Source of the DNA: Paragordius varius | Lineage: Eukaryota; Animalia; Nematomorpha | Assembly: GCA_964247055.1 (NCBI GenBank) | Contig: OZ176058.1 | Span: forward strand, 1,302,001 to 1,366,000 | Reading direction: 5' to 3' | Length of the DNA stretch: 64,000 bases | Notes under the pieces: model-generated | What the model was told of the DNA's origin: nothing | What the model saw: only the letters and a program-made list of their open reading frames with translations | Database searches by the model: none | Translations under genes and position numbers: made by a program | Part shown: piece after piece, positions 39,401 to 52,270 of the stretch | How positions within the stretch are numbered: position 1 is the first letter of the stretch | How the letters are laid out: each line of letters opens with the position of its first letter

Positions 39401-42400
39401 AAGAACATTTAGATAAAAAATCATAAATCCATAAAATAAAAATATGCGAAATCATTTAAAAATCATTTAAAAAATTATAATAATTAAAAAATATGCAAAA
39501 TCATTTAAAAATATTTTGATAAATTAAAAAAAACCCAAAATTACATATTTTAAAAAAAATATAAATAAAATTTTAATAATTAAATTTGTTTTTTTTGCAT
39601 TAATATAAAAATAAATTAACCCCTAAAGTTTGAGCTAATTTACGGACCAAAGGGATGGCTTTGATAGAATTATCAGCTTTTTTGCCTTCATTCACCCAAT
39701 CACCTGATTGAGAATTATTCAATTTTAATTCTTGCTCCCTTTTTGGGGTTTTATTATTATTAATATCATCGGTTAGATTCGATTTTTCTAAATATATATA
39801 ATATAAAAATTATAAGATATTAACTATTATGGACAATCCGAATTATAAAAATATATTTTTTTAAAAATAACCCAAACTAAAACTATTATGTATATATATA
39901 TTAAGCAAATTTTCTTTTCAACAAAAATATCTTTGATTTTACCTGTATAAAGCGAAATACAATTGAATGTATACTTATTTATTATAAAAAAAAATTTTTT
40001 TGACAACAATCGTGATAATCGGATCTAATTTTAAAATAGGAAACTTAACTGCAGCAAATTTACAATCAACTTTTTTGTTATCATAAAAGATTTAATTAAA
40101 AGTTATCGAAAAAAAAAATTGTTTTAAAACCCAAATTAAATTTGTTTTATTACTGCAATTATAAATCAGCAAAAGTTAAATGTATTATTGGGTGTATTTT
40201 CAATTACCGCTAGTAATCTTTGTCAAACGTAAATATAAAATTAAAATATAAACTACATAAAAATTAAAGTATAAAGCAAAAATATTTAATGAGATAAACT
40301 AAAAAAACATGTGTTTTAGCTATGAAAGACTGAAAATTAAAAATTTATACATTTTTTTGTTTATTAAAAATTTTAGACAAATCACCTGATGTCGTTTCCA
40401 CCGGCAACGCAGTGTCAGCTGTTTTCGCGTCAGCTGATTTGATACCATCATCGTCTGCTATCACTTCAATGTCAATCAGTGGTTGGCCAACTAGGATGGT
40501 GTCTTCTGATTGGCCATACAAGCGAGTCACGTGCCCATCATATCGGCTGCTTATGGTCACGCTCGCTTTATCACTTTGAACTTCACACACGGGGTCAAAT
40601 TGTTTTATGACGTCACCAGGTTTTATAAACCTGTTTTTTTACGAAAAATTTATTTGAAATAAATTTTGTGTTAAAAGTTTATAATATATCGCTCAAGAAT
40701 TTGAAAGCTAGCATATGCTGGTGAAATAACGACCTGATGATGAATAATCTATAATTTATAAATTATCGAAAAAACTGTTATGGAAAACAGCATTATGTGC
40801 TCATTAAAAATAATCATCAGGAAAAATTCTTAAAACCATCAAGAATTCAATTAAAATTTATTCTTAATCTATATAAACATAACCGTCTGGTAAAAGCTTT
40901 AAATACCTAAAAACTTTTTATGTAACGAAAAATCATTAAATGTTTAATATTTGTTTGTTTATTAGCTTTTTGTATTAGTTTATAACTTTGAACTTCACAC
41001 TCGGGGGGGTCAAATTGTTTTATGACGTCACCGGGTTTTATAAACCTGTTTTTTCACACGTAATTTATTAAAATTTATTTCAATTATAAAATTTAAATTG
41101 ATAAAAAAATTTATATGTTAAATAAATGCTTAATATAAATCGTCTATAGAGTTATTCAATAAATCCTCGATCAATATGTTTGTTTTTATCAAATTTCATT
41201 CAAGTTAAAATATGGTTTTTTAATTTTTATTTGTTTTTTCATCAAAAAAAATCACTTTGAACTTCACACACGGGGTCAAATTGTTTGATGACGTCACCGG
41301 GTTTTATAAACCTATTTTTTCAAACGCAAAAAAAAAATTTTTTTTTCAAAGTTTATTTCAATTATAAAATTTAAAATAATAAGAAAAATTTTATATGTTT
41401 AATAAATGCTTAATATAAATCGTCTAAAGTTAATTCAATAAATCCTTGATCGATATGTTGGTTTTTATCAAATTTCATACAAGTTAAAAAATGGTGTTTT
41501 AATTTTTATTTGTTTTTTCATCAAAAAAAATCACTTTGAACTTCACACACGGGGTCAAATTGTTTTATGACGTCACCGGGTTTTATAAACCTGTTTTTTT
41601 ACGAAAATTTGCATGTGAAATAAATTTTGTCTTTTTCTTTATTAAAGTTAATAATCTATATTTTTATTATATATATTTATATATATATATATATATATAC
41701 CATTTACAGTTCAAATTCACCATTGAACAATTCAAATTCACCTTCGAACAATTCAAATTCACCCTAAAAATAAATTATGTATTTTTGAACTATTATAACT
41801 CATACAGTTTATTATTTTTTCAGTATTATTTTAATTTGAAACAAAATTTTTATTTTTGAAAAAAATATATAATATAGGTGATTTTCAATCTCAAAAAACA
41901 TATATTTTATTTGAGGGTGAATTAAATTGTTCAAGAGTGAACTTGAATTGTTCAAGGGTGAATTTGAATTGTTTAAGGGTGAAATTGAATTGTAAATGGT
42001 ATATATTTATAAAAATGGAAAGTGGTCGCAGCTTTGTGATCTGTTTGTTTCCGGAAAACCGGTAGATCCATTCAAATTCAAATTATTTAAATATGTCGAA
42101 AAAAAATCGAATCAATAATGAATGATCCGACAATAGCTTCGCGTCCTTTTTTTGAATTAGGTCCACAGTTTGGGCCCACCCAAAAAACGCGTTTTTTTAA
42201 AAAAAAGTCTACAAAAATCGTGTCTTTGAGACAATTTTCCTGAAAACGTGTTGGATCATTTTCGATTTCAAATTTGATTTTTTTACTTCTTTTCAATTGT
42301 GCCGAATAATTTACAAATAAATTATTGAAAACCCATTATGGAGAGCAGCATATGTGCTTATTTAAAACAACCATCAGGAAAATTCAATAAACCATCAGGA

Positions 42401-45348
42401 ATTCAATTAACATTGAATCTTAATCAATAAAAATAAATAACCGTCTGATAAAAGCTTTTAATACCTAAAAACTTTTCATGCAAAAAAAATTCATTAAATG
42501 TTTAATATTTTTGTTAATATTGTCAACGAGAACGAATATTTTATGTTAAAATAATAATTTGTATTCTCGTAAAATATATTAAATTCAAAATATTTTTTAA
42601 ATTTTGTTTTAATTAATCTTATTATTATTTTCCTTTGTATCAGTTAATCCATTGAAAACGATACTCTCATGTATAGAAAATTTTGGATATAGTTTAAATT
42701 TAATAAATTTTAAGAGAATACAAATTATATAAAGTTTAATCTTTTTTTTTAGCTTTTTTATATTAAATTTCTTCAATTGTTTTATGACGTCACCGAGTTT
42801 TATAAACCTGTTGGTTTATGAAAAAAAAAATTATTTACTATCAGCAAAAGACACCTTTAATGAACCCTTAAAAATCGATGAAAAAATAATTATACAGAAA
42901 ATAATTTTATGATAAAACAGTCTTTAAACTCAATTAAATGCCTAAATTTTTGTTGTTTTTAAAAGATTCACAATTTTCGAAATCTATATTGAGTAATTCA
43001 TAAAAATGGAAAATTGTTTTATCCCGTCACACCAGAGTTTATAAACTGTGTTTTTTTTTTCATTTTAAAAAAAATTAATAAAATCGACATGAAAAAGCAT
43101 AACCGACCGCCTGTAAAATCATTGTTTGTTTAATAAACCGTAAAAGTAATTATTGTTTTAACATTTTTATAATGAAATTTTTAAATTTTTTAAAAAAAAT
43201 AATACTAACCTCTATAAAATGAGATTTTAAGATTTTTAAAAAGCAATTATTGTTTAACCATTTCTTTATGGAGATTTTTAGATTTTAAAATAAAACTAAA
43301 ACTAACCATTTCTTTATGGAGATTTTAAGATTTTTTTAAAAAAAGTACCATTTCTTTAATGAGATTTTTAAGTTTTTTTAAAAAGTAATTATTGTTTAAC
43401 CACATCTTTAATGAGATTTTAAGATTTTTTTAATAAAAAAATAAAATTAACCTTTATACACGGAGTCAAATAGTATGGCATCCATATAATTTTATAAAAA
43501 GAATTAAAAAATAAATAGATGGCATTTTTATTTTTATGTATATATAATAGATAAATATTTATAAAAATTAATACTGATTTTATTTTAATATTGTAATTAC
43601 TTTAATAAATTACATTTAAAAGTTGTTTCACAAGTATATTAATAAATACACATACATATATATATTTTTATGTACATACATGTCCTTTTTCGTTACACAT
43701 ATATGAGAGATATACAGTAATTCATAGGAATTAATACTGTAAATTCTATTTAAAATCAAAAATTTTTTTAAATAAAAGCCTTTAATTTAAAATAAATAGA
43801 TTTCAAACTGTGTTTCACGTTTAAATGAAAAAACAATTGTAGAAAACTATCACAAAATTTTTGCAGTTTAATATTTTTAGCTTTTTTTGCAAAATGCGCT
43901 TTTTTAAAATAATGATGACGTCGTTTATAAACCCTTATAAAAAACTAACTTTTTTTTCAAAAAAAATTTGTAATTTATTCAATCTATGTGATTAGAGTTA
44001 GTGAATTAATACAATGTATATATAGTAAAAATTCGAATTATACGGACAAAACGTAAATATATAAAGACAAAATTTTTTACTTTTTTTTAGAATAATAATA
44101 TCCTTTATTTTATCAAAAATTTATTTATTTTTTTTCGTTAAATGGGTGGGTATAAATATTTGGTAAAGAATGGAAAAAACAAGAGCTCTATATGGTAATT
44201 CTTAAACTTTTTGATGAATATGATATTGTTAATACCATAGAGCTCTTGTTTTAACCATTCTTTACCAAATATTTATACCCACCCATTTAACGAAAAAAAA
44301 ATAAATTTTTGATAAAGTAAAGGATACATAACTGAAAACTTATGGTATTCTTAAACTTTTTTGATAAATATGATAGATATTGTTAATACCATAAAGCTCT
44401 TGTTTTAACCATTCTTTACCAAAAATTTATACCCACCCATTTAACGAAAAAAAAATAAATTTTTGATAAAATAAAGGATACATGACTGTATAAAAAAAAT
44501 TTTTTTTCTAAAAATTACCCAACAAAATATTACTTTAGGGTTGTTTTGGAAAAAAACCAATTTGGATATACTTTAATATACAATAAAAGTATTTATAATA
44601 CAGTTCTTTTGAGATTCAATAAATTATTGCCAGAATACATATAAAGCAATGAGAAATATAATTAAGGTTTATAATTGTTTTGTCATCGTTTTAGATTGCT
44701 AATAGCCAACATTAATGCTCTTTATATTGTATAATTAAACACTAGTAATGCTTTTTTTGCTTTTTAGTTTGCTTGAATTTTAACAAAAAATTCACAATTA
44801 TTTTTATTAATAAAATAAGTAATAAATGAAATTATACGTAAAAACAAAAATATTTTTACAAAAATAACTTTGTATTCACTAAATTTTTATTTTTTTAAAG
44901 AACTAATAATAATACTTATCGTTTTGGGTTGAAAAAAAATAGTGAGGATGGGAAATATATATTGATATTTCAATTTTAGAATTTTTAAATTTCATATATA
45001 GTTTAAATAAAAAAATCATAATATGAAATAGAAATGTTATTCTTTATTAAAAATAATTTTTATCTTTTAATTTTAAGTTTTTGTCATTATATGTTATCAA
45101 TTTTTTTCCTGTCTTTCAAAAATTTTAACATTTCTAAAAATGTTTTAAATTAACTAATTAATTTTATACAAAGTACTAAATTTAACACACTAAAATAAAC
45201 TTATAAACTTTCAAAATTTCAATAAAATAAAAAATAAAAGCTCAAAAAATTAAAAAAAAAAATTTACCATTCTTTTATGACAACTTCACGTATGCCTTCA
45301 CCAATGTCTGAAAGTTTAAAGGGAATGATTTTATTGAGTAATACTAAA

Positions 45349-45385
<37 letters not shown>

Positions 45386-47035
45386 AATAAAAATAATGAA
45401 AAAATTAATATTATACTATGGAAATTACGTAAAAATATAAAGACAAATATTTTTTTAATAAAAGACAACCAACCATACTTTTTAAATGTTGACTTTTTAA
45501 TATAACTTATTGTTTAGAATGTGTGAAATCGAGATATATATATATATATATATATATATCAATAACACAATCTATTCTCTAATTTACAATTGTAACTAAA
45601 TGGCTTATATAGAAAAGTTTAAGGTTTGAAAAAATATGGGGTTGTCTTTTAGATAAAAATATAGCCTTTATTTTTTTACGTTTTGTCCATATTATTTCAA
45701 TTTTTACTGTAATTAAAATAACAGTTTTAAATATACAATAAAAACTTTCAAATTTAAATACAAAACTCTCAAAAAATTTCCATAATTTCAATAAGCTTGA
45801 TTTATGAATATATATGTATAATATATATATATATATGTGTGTGTGAATTTATTATCAATTGAAATCCAGAATCCTTATTTAGCAACCCAAAACAATAAGT
45901 TATAAGAAATGTGATTAACAGATATAAATAAATACAGTAAAACTTTTGATATCTAAAGATAAAATATTGAAAAATTTATTTTTATAAAAAAAATAATGAC
46001 CGTAATATATTACAGTTATATACAGTAAAAACTGAAATTATACGGACAAAACGTAAAATTATAAAAACAAATATTTAACCTTAATTTTATTTGAATATAA
46101 TGTTTCAAACTGCAAAGTATGGAATAGATATGTAAATATTGGTACCACACAATTAATTATATATTTTACAAATTTATAATATAATATAGGAAAAATTGAG
46201 GTTTAAAAAAGTATGGTTATCGTAAAAAAAAATATTTATCGTTTGGTTTCTGTGTTGTGTTTGTATGATTTTTATCACTGTTATTGTGGGTGTATTACCA
46301 ATTTATATTTTTATTCCTTATTTGGCACCCCACAATGATAAGTTATGTTAAAAATAATTAAAATATGATTGTATTTTAATAGTAATGGTTGATTGTTTAA
46401 TTTTTACTTTTGAATAAATCTAATTTCTATCATTTTTAAAAATCTTCATATCAGGGTGCCCAACCCAAATGAATATTATGTATTTAACATTTAAAAATAT
46501 TTTATCAGTTTATAACTTTAAATAAAATTTAAAAAAACTCTAATCACAATATAAAAACGAATCATTTTACCCAATTTAGTTAGTTCGCTTGTTAAATTTC
46601 AAAAGTATTTATTTTTAAATTTCATGGAAAATTATAAAAATTCATTTATATATTTTAGATTTTTCATATTAAAGAGCTGCATGTTGGATACTCTAGATTT
46701 ATCCAGTCGAGGATTGTTTGATTTAAATACCATATCATAACAGTAATTCATATATTTTATTCTAGACTCAACTTTTTCAAAAAAACTAAAGAGTAAAATA
46801 AGTCACTAAAAAAAATTACGACAATGCTAATTTAGCCAAATAAAACGATACATTTTTAATAATAATAATAATGATATTTTTCAGGTTTTTAAACAAAAAA
46901 ATTAAAATGCCAAATTAATTCATATGTCAAAAAAAGATAAATTCCTTTGAGTTTTAAAATAAAATTATAACCTGATTTATGGAAATACTGACGTAAGATT
47001 GCGATATCCCTCACCAAATATCGTGTTAAAAGCAT
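18118..47035 (-). CDS. DBT: Dihydrolipoamide branched-chain transacylase E2, 11 exons, 520 aa: join(46972-47035, 45268-45343, 40386-40630, 39621-39787, 39055-39148, 38417-38491, 30996-31297, 26856-26933, 24755-24958, 21240-21311, 18118-18303)
   Basis: All introns are GT-AG with consistent phases and the total is 1563 nt. Transit peptide [21 protein letters not shown]; lipoyl domain [13 protein letters not shown]...[18 protein letters not shown]; E3/E1-binding domain AIPLVRKLA...SGVDGRI; catalytic motifs [22 protein letters not shown] and [10 protein letters not shown]. Confidence 0.95.
18304..20830 (-). repeat. Acceptor-side echoes of DBT exon 11A
   Basis: About 11 copies of (agctgattttgattatc)attttttcaatggtcta, plus one inverted unit at about 19105-19225. 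Confidence 0.85.
21240..21311 (-). CDS. DBT: DBT exon 10, copy A
   Basis: tag|ATT GGT GGA ... ATA TTG|gtaatt; [24 protein letters not shown]. Confidence 0.93.
21360..24090. mobile_element. Cluster of tandem and inverted fragments of MITE family A in DBT intron 9
   Basis: More than 10 repeats of the tatacggacaaaacgtaaaaatataaagac TIR segment in both orientations. Confidence 0.8.
24755..24958 (-). CDS. DBT: DBT exon 9, copy A
   Basis: tag|CCT GAA CAT ... GGT TCG|gtataa; [13 protein letters not shown]...[12 protein letters not shown] short acceptor echo lies at 25643-25656. Confidence 0.93.
26856..26933 (-). CDS. DBT: DBT exon 8 ([26 protein letters not shown])
   Basis: 78 nt, AG/GT, phase 0-0, FPILNS motif; single copy in the window. 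Confidence 0.92.
26960..28380. repeat. Degenerate intronic tandem repeat (aatcaagaaatttggttttttt...agtataatg units of about 100-180 bp)
   Basis: The core recurs more than 10 times; no clear exon origin. Confidence 0.75.
28800..30960 (-). repeat. Decaying donor-side echoes of DBT exon 7 (200-300 bp units)
   Basis: acctttataaaaaatggcattaaagtcattttttgatagct... at about 29546, 29845, 30151, 30469 and 30710, each with its donor; similarity fades leftward. Confidence 0.9.
30996..31297 (-). CDS. DBT: DBT exon 7 ([19 protein letters not shown]...[11 protein letters not shown]) with a long low-complexity insertion
   Basis: tag|GC GCT CGA AAA GCC ATG ... ATA AAG|gtaaaa; 302 nt, open frame matching the track ORF 30960-31283. 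Confidence 0.9.
31298..37790 (-). repeat. Array of about 28 acceptor-side echoes of DBT exon 7
   Basis: ttttgtcattgattttatcatggcttttcgg(g/c)gcc-ta recurs every 150-330 bp; most copies keep the AG. Confidence 0.95.
31916..35998. repeat. Higher-order tandem repeat, 3 x about 1354 bp, near-identical
   Basis: The same anchor occurs at 31940, 33291, 34645 and 35999 (periods 1351, 1354, 1354); each unit holds 6 clear echoes and 1 degenerate echo. Confidence 0.92.
38417..38491 (-). CDS. DBT: DBT exon 6 (linker [26 protein letters not shown])
   Basis: 75 nt, AG/GT, phase 1-1, joins in frame on both sides. Confidence 0.85.
39055..39148 (-). CDS. DBT: DBT exon 5 ([23 protein letters not shown]...)
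   Basis: 94 nt, phase 0-1; SG-DGRI motif of the subunit-binding domain. Confidence 0.9.
39621..39787 (-). CDS. DBT: DBT exon 4 (...[15 protein letters not shown])
   Basis: 167 nt, phase 1-0; A-P-VR-LA motif. Confidence 0.9.
40386..40630 (-). CDS. DBT: DBT exon 3, lipoyl domain (CEVQSDKAS, lipoyl-Lys)
   Basis: cag|G TTT ATA AAA ... ACA TCA G|gtgatt; 245 nt, phase 2-1. Confidence 0.95.
40980..43050 (-). repeat. Acceptor-side echoes of DBT exon 3
   Basis: Copies at about 40986-41053, 41253-41316 and 41532-41597, with shorter ones at about 42773-42812 and 43023-43048; intronic flanks are duplicated too (40775-40950 versus 42335-42512). Confidence 0.9.
43205..43435. repeat. Short tandem repeat, 5-6 units of accatttctttatggagattttaagatt; probable degenerate echo of the exon 2 donor
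   Basis: The reverse complement ATAAAGAAATG|GTTA resembles the real junction ATAAAAGAATG|GTAA. Confidence 0.55.
44101..44480. repeat. Fold-back element: near-perfect inverted repeat with about 100 bp arms (44101-44324) plus a second copy of the right arm
   Basis: ...ttcgttaaatgggtgggtataaatatttggtaaagaatgg...acaagagctcta / tagagctcttgt...ccattctttaccaaatatttatacccacccatttaacgaa...; a related fragment lies near 63535-63580. Confidence 0.88.
45268..45343 (-). CDS. DBT: DBT exon 2 ([25 protein letters not shown])
   Basis: 76 nt, AG/GT, phase 1-2; [13 protein letters not shown] motif. Confidence 0.95.
46972..47035 (-). CDS. DBT: DBT exon 1 (mitochondrial transit peptide)
   Basis: ATG CTT TTA ACA CGA ... 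AAA TCA G|gttata; the phase matches exon 2 and the peptide is Arg/Leu-rich with an R-x-x-FH-x-S-like cleavage region. Confidence 0.8.
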
Positions 47036-47284
47036 GTGGCAAATAGCGAAAATTTAAATTTACATATGGACCATATAGAGTTGAATAAAACGTATGATAC
47101 TAAACAATATACCATTACTGCGAGAACGAGATTGTCCTTGAACACTTTAAATTGGTTCTTGAACATTTCTCGGGTCCTTGAACACTTCAAGTTGCTCCTT
47201 AGAAATTTTAAGTTAGTCCTTCAAAACTTCGTCCTTAAACATTTTAGGTTGGTCAACACTTTAAATTGGTCCTTAAAATTAAAA

Positions 47285-50200
47285 AATATGAAAGGAATCC
47301 AAACCATAGCAAAATTTTGCACTTTTATAATATTAAACCGAAATATATAAAAAATTTTATTCAAAAATACGTGATGTTACTTATTTTAAGCTAAAACCGA
47401 AGGGTAAAATAGTAAACCTGACATCTGGGCAATGGTAAAATTGAAAAATAATACAAAATAAACCGTTTTTTCTATTTCTATCAATGTATTATGTAATTTA
47501 AATAAAAAATTAGCTTTAATTTTACCCTTAAAAATAAATGAAGACGATGTTTTGCAACAAATTTGTAAAATAAAAATGGCGGCGAAGTAGTTGGACATGG
47601 AACTCTATTTTTTAAACAAATTTTATTTAGATATTATATTTATATAATTTTTATAAGGTTAGAAGCATAAATTTTAATGGGGACCGTTTCCTTTAAGAGT
47701 TTTTTAAAATTCGTAACTAAAATTCGAAGTGTTAAAAGAATTTGAGCACTAAAAGTTAGTAATAATTAGATACAACGCATTCATATTAGTCCTTCTATTC
47801 AAACTGAGGTAATTAAATACCCCAGGCCTGTTTAAAATTAAATTACTTGAAAACTATAGAAGGAATCGGAACCATGGCAAAATTTTGCACTTCTATAACA
47901 TTAACAAACCGAAATATATAAAAAGTTTTATTCAAAAATACTTTATCCTACTTATTTTAAGCTAAGAATGATTAGCCAACATGACATGTGTGCAATTATA
48001 AAATTCAAAGGTAATACAGAATAAACCGCCTGTTCTATTTCTATCAATGTTAGATGTAATTTAAATAAAAAATTAGCTGTAATTTTATCCTTAAGAATAA
48101 ATGAAGACAATATTTTGCAACAAGAAGTATAAATTTAAATTGGGACTGTTTACTGTAGTTTTTTAAAAATCCTAACTAAAATTTAGTTTGGGGTATTTAG
48201 ACACTCCAATTTGAATCGAAGTGTCAATGTGTAAAAATATAAAAATTTTAACTAATACATGAGAACATTTCAAAATAGACTGGAATATATTCTACCGTAA
48301 AATGCAAACTAGGAAAAAAAAGACAAGGTATAAAGTGTTAAATTATTTTCAAATTAATAAATAAATAAAATTCCCTATCAAATTACTTCAACCTATATAT
48401 AAGGATCTAATTATTTGAATTATATCTACCGCTAAAAATAAAATACTTTAACGGTTGGACACTATCCAAACCAAAAAGATGTAAGTTTGTATTAAATTTT
48501 AATTTAGAAGATCATAAATTTTTATAGATTATCTCTTCAGCAATCCGCTCTGAATATAAGCAGCTATAACCTGTGACTAGATAGGCTGTTTTTTGCAGTA
48601 CAACACTGGCCGTTGGAAAAAAACTGCACCTGTATCGCGCTGACTTTTTACTGCTTTTTGAAAAATAATTTTTTTATAAATATGTGTCTTAATTATCTTT
48701 TATTTATACAAATGTTTTTGGAGAATTTGCTAGAGTACACCCTTTGTTAAAATAAAAAATAAATGGTTCCTTTTGCGGTAAAAAACTATGGCCTTTTTTA
48801 ATTGGTTAATTATACATGGTGGGTTTTGGATCGATCAAATCGCTTATGAATGCAGCCATTTGCGCAGTGGCGAAACTATAAATACCGACTCCAGATTTAG
48901 GCTACTGGTCTCTCACTCAGGGCTTCCACAAAAGCGTCCTTATATTTAAAATGAACAGAAAAATAATTTATATGTTAGTAGTTTTAACAAATTTTGTCAT
49001 TTATGTTTCATATAATTTTCAGTTAAATTATATTTTGTTTGTTTTTACTTTATTTAAAATTATCAAACGGAAAATTTTTAAAATTATTCCCGTAGTTATT
49101 TTTAAAATTCATTAGACATAAATTTGCATATAACCTTTTTTCTTAGGAAAAAATTAACTTTTTACGTTTTTATATCCTTATTAGGTAGGAGGTATGATAT
49201 TATTAAATTATCCTTCCTTAAACTTTAATTTTTAGCCCCATTTTTTTCTGCATAAACATATTTTAGACTTATTTTTGACACACACATATAAATATTTTTT
49301 TATCAATTCTCCTTATTTTATTATCTTTTCCGTTGTGTTTTATGAGGCGTTACAACATATTTAATAGCTCCCATCAAAGGGACTATTAATTTATCAAACC
49401 ATGCAACGATTTTAAAACACAGGTAACATTATATTTTTTAATTTATTATTTGTTCAATTTTAATGTTATATACCATTTGCACTTCAAGAGTGTCAAGTTG
49501 GTGCTTGAACACTTCAAGTTGGTCCTTGGACTTTTTTGTTTTGTTATAAAATTTTATCAATCAAATCGTAAATACATCTATTTTATCGTTTTTAACCTAT
49601 CTCTTATATTTAACATAAATTTATAATTAATATCAACTTTTACTCATTGAGAAACCGTAAATTCTGTTTTAATTTCTTAAAATTATTTTGGATATTTAAA
49701 AGATTTTTAAATTTTATTAAAAAATGAAAACATATGATTTTGTTAAATTGGAAAAAAATTAGTTTGAAATAAAAAGTGGTTTTTGAATAAATTTTTTTTT
49801 TAAATGAATAAATATATAATAAATAAAGAAAATTAGGTTAAAAATAAAAAAAATAAAAAAACATGCAAAAATATGGTTAAATAAAAAATTTATAAGTTTT
49901 AAGGGCGAATGTTCAAGGACCAACTTGAAATGTTCATGGACCAACTTGAAGTGTTTAAGGAGGCTCTTGAAGTGCAAATAGTATAAACAAAATATGCAAA
50001 TTTTTTAATATATTTTTTCATTTATTGGTATTATTTGGTCATTTTTTGATATTATCACTCCTAATTAGTTTATATTAAACTCAAAAATATAATTTTAATA
50101 AAATTTCAAAGTTTTTGCCATAATTGAATGATACCGGACCGAAAATAAAACGGTTCGGGTTCGAATCTCTTACATAATAAGACTACTTTCAATATACTTT

Positions 50201-52270
50201 GTAATTTACATAAATGCATATATGTTATTAGACAACATTTTCTATTTAAAACGATTGGAATTATGTTTAAGATTAAAATAAATCTTTCCATTGAAAAATG
50301 GAATTTTATCACAAAATTGTATATTTTTGTAAAATGAAATAAGTAAATGATTAATAATTAAAATAGGTTCATTGCAATATTTGTGGGAGACAATTTTTAG
50401 TTAACACTTTGGTTCAATTATGGGGTATCTAAATATCCCAAACTAAATTTGATTTAAGATTTTTAAAAAACTACTGAATGAAACTGTCTAAATTTAAATT
50501 AATGCTTCTATTCTAATAAAAATTTTATAAATATGCCAAAATATCTAAATAAAGTTTTGATTTGAAAAACAGGTAAACTACTTCGACGCCATTTTTATTA
50601 TACAAAATTTTTGCAAAATATCGTCCATTTATAAGGGTAAAATTAAAGCTAATTTTTTATTAATTTACATCCAACAATGATAGAAATAGAAAAAGCCATT
50701 AATTTTGTATTATTTTTTTATTTTACCATTGCACAGATGTAACGTTGACTAAATACATTTCGGTTTTAGCTTAAAATAATTAATATCAAGTATTTTTGAA
50801 TAAAACTTTTTTTATATTTCAGTTTATTAATGTTATATTAGTTCAAAATTTTGCAATGGTTTCGATTCCTACCACATATTTTAAATTATTTTTTTTTAAC
50901 AGATATTTAACTACCCCAATTTGAATCGAAGGACTAAAATGAATGTGTTGTAACCAAGTAATAGGTTCATTGCAATATTTGTGGGATCCAATTTTCAATT
51001 AAATAGGGGAGTTAATCTGATATTACAAGTCACTTGGTCACCGAAAAGCATAAATAAGCAGAAACTTTTGCTTTGATATATAAAAAAGTATCGAATATTT
51101 TTACGAAAGAATAATTTGAAAGTGATAAACTGATTGAACTGGCTGAGGATTTAAATAATTTTTTAAACTTTTACCCATCTTTTTTTCCATGACCGCATAG
51201 TTTTACCTGCTGTCAAATAGTCATTACTTTTCAAAAAGCTATAGAACCGAACTGAGATCTTGTGTATTTTATGTGCACAGCAACATCATATAAACTAGAT
51301 ATATTGTCCTCTATATTTGTTATCATATATTTGGTAATATTATTGTTTTTGACAATTTTATTAGCATTTATTAAAAAAACATTCCATTATATTATATATC
51401 CATATATTTAAGATATGATATAATTATATATATATACATTTAAATTTAATTTAATAAATTTATTTATTGTATATTTTTAATTGTTTCTAATGACCTTATC
51501 AATAGTAACGAACAATATCGTTTATTATCACACACCGAAAATCTGGCGTAAAAAATAGGCAAAGTCTGTTTTAATTTTGTATTTCGTCAGGGTTAATATC
51601 TGGGTTACTATAACCCATTTCTCATGAGAAAAGATCAATATATTTTTATTAAATATTAGTACCATATATTTTATTTATTTACTTATAAATATATTAAACT
51701 TTAATTTAAGGTTTGTTTTAATAAAAAAATATATCGTTGAATTCGAGAAACACCTCGATTCAAATTATGGTAGCTAAATACCCAGACTAAATTTGAGCTA
51801 GGATTTTCAAAAGACCAATCAATAAAATGGTGTCAATTTGAATTTATGCTTCTATCCTAATAAAAATTATATAAATATGCCAAAATATCTAAATATTTTT
51901 TTTGAAAAGTTTCATGAACTACTTCGCCATTTTTATTTTACAAATTGCAAAATATCGTCTTTATTTACTTTTAAGGGTAGAATTAATGATAATTTTTATT
52001 TAAATTACATCTAACATTATAGTAGAAAAAGCGGTTTGGCTTGTATTATTTTTCAAATTTAACATTGCACACGTGTCACGTTGGCTAAATTTTTACCTTT
52101 CGGTTTTAGCTTATTACCAAGGATTTTTAAATAAATTATTTCTACATATTTCGGTTTAATAATGTTATATTGCAAATGCCATGGTTTCGATTCCTTCCAT
52201 ATTTCAAAGTGCATGGATTTAAAACAGGCATGAGGTATCAAACTAACTCAATTTGTATCAAAAAACTGAA
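47285..52270. repeat. About 570-600 bp repeat in four copies: + at about 47285-47855 and 47860-48235, - at about 50365-50995 and 51735-52270
   Basis: Shared blocks include aggaatc(c/g)gaaccat(a/g)gcaaaattttgc, aaattagctttaattttacccttaa and aaaatggcg..gaagtag. Confidence 0.8.
49471..49983. mobile_element. MITE related to family B (TIR TACCATTTGCACTTCAAGAG), TA-flanked
   Basis: ta|taccatttgcacttcaagag ... ctcttgaagtgcaaatagta|ta with subterminal gtccttgaacacttcaagtt repeats; a fragment also lies at about 47110-47280. Confidence 0.8.

Noticed and set aside
42005-42300. GC-richer island with two short ORFs in DBT intron 2 (similar islands at 48520-48660 and 51000-51330)
   Set aside because: No splice-compatible exon or recognisable domain; probably old transposon fragments, but I cannot support a specific call.
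48855-48940. tttgcgcagtggc, resembling the 5' end of U4 snRNA
   Set aside because: The match is only 13 nt; the downstream sequence lacks the U4 stems and an Sm site. An Rfam search would settle it.
50130-50170. GGTTCGAATC B-box-like motif suggesting a tRNA or SINE
   Set aside because: No cloverleaf, A-box or acceptor stem can be built around it.
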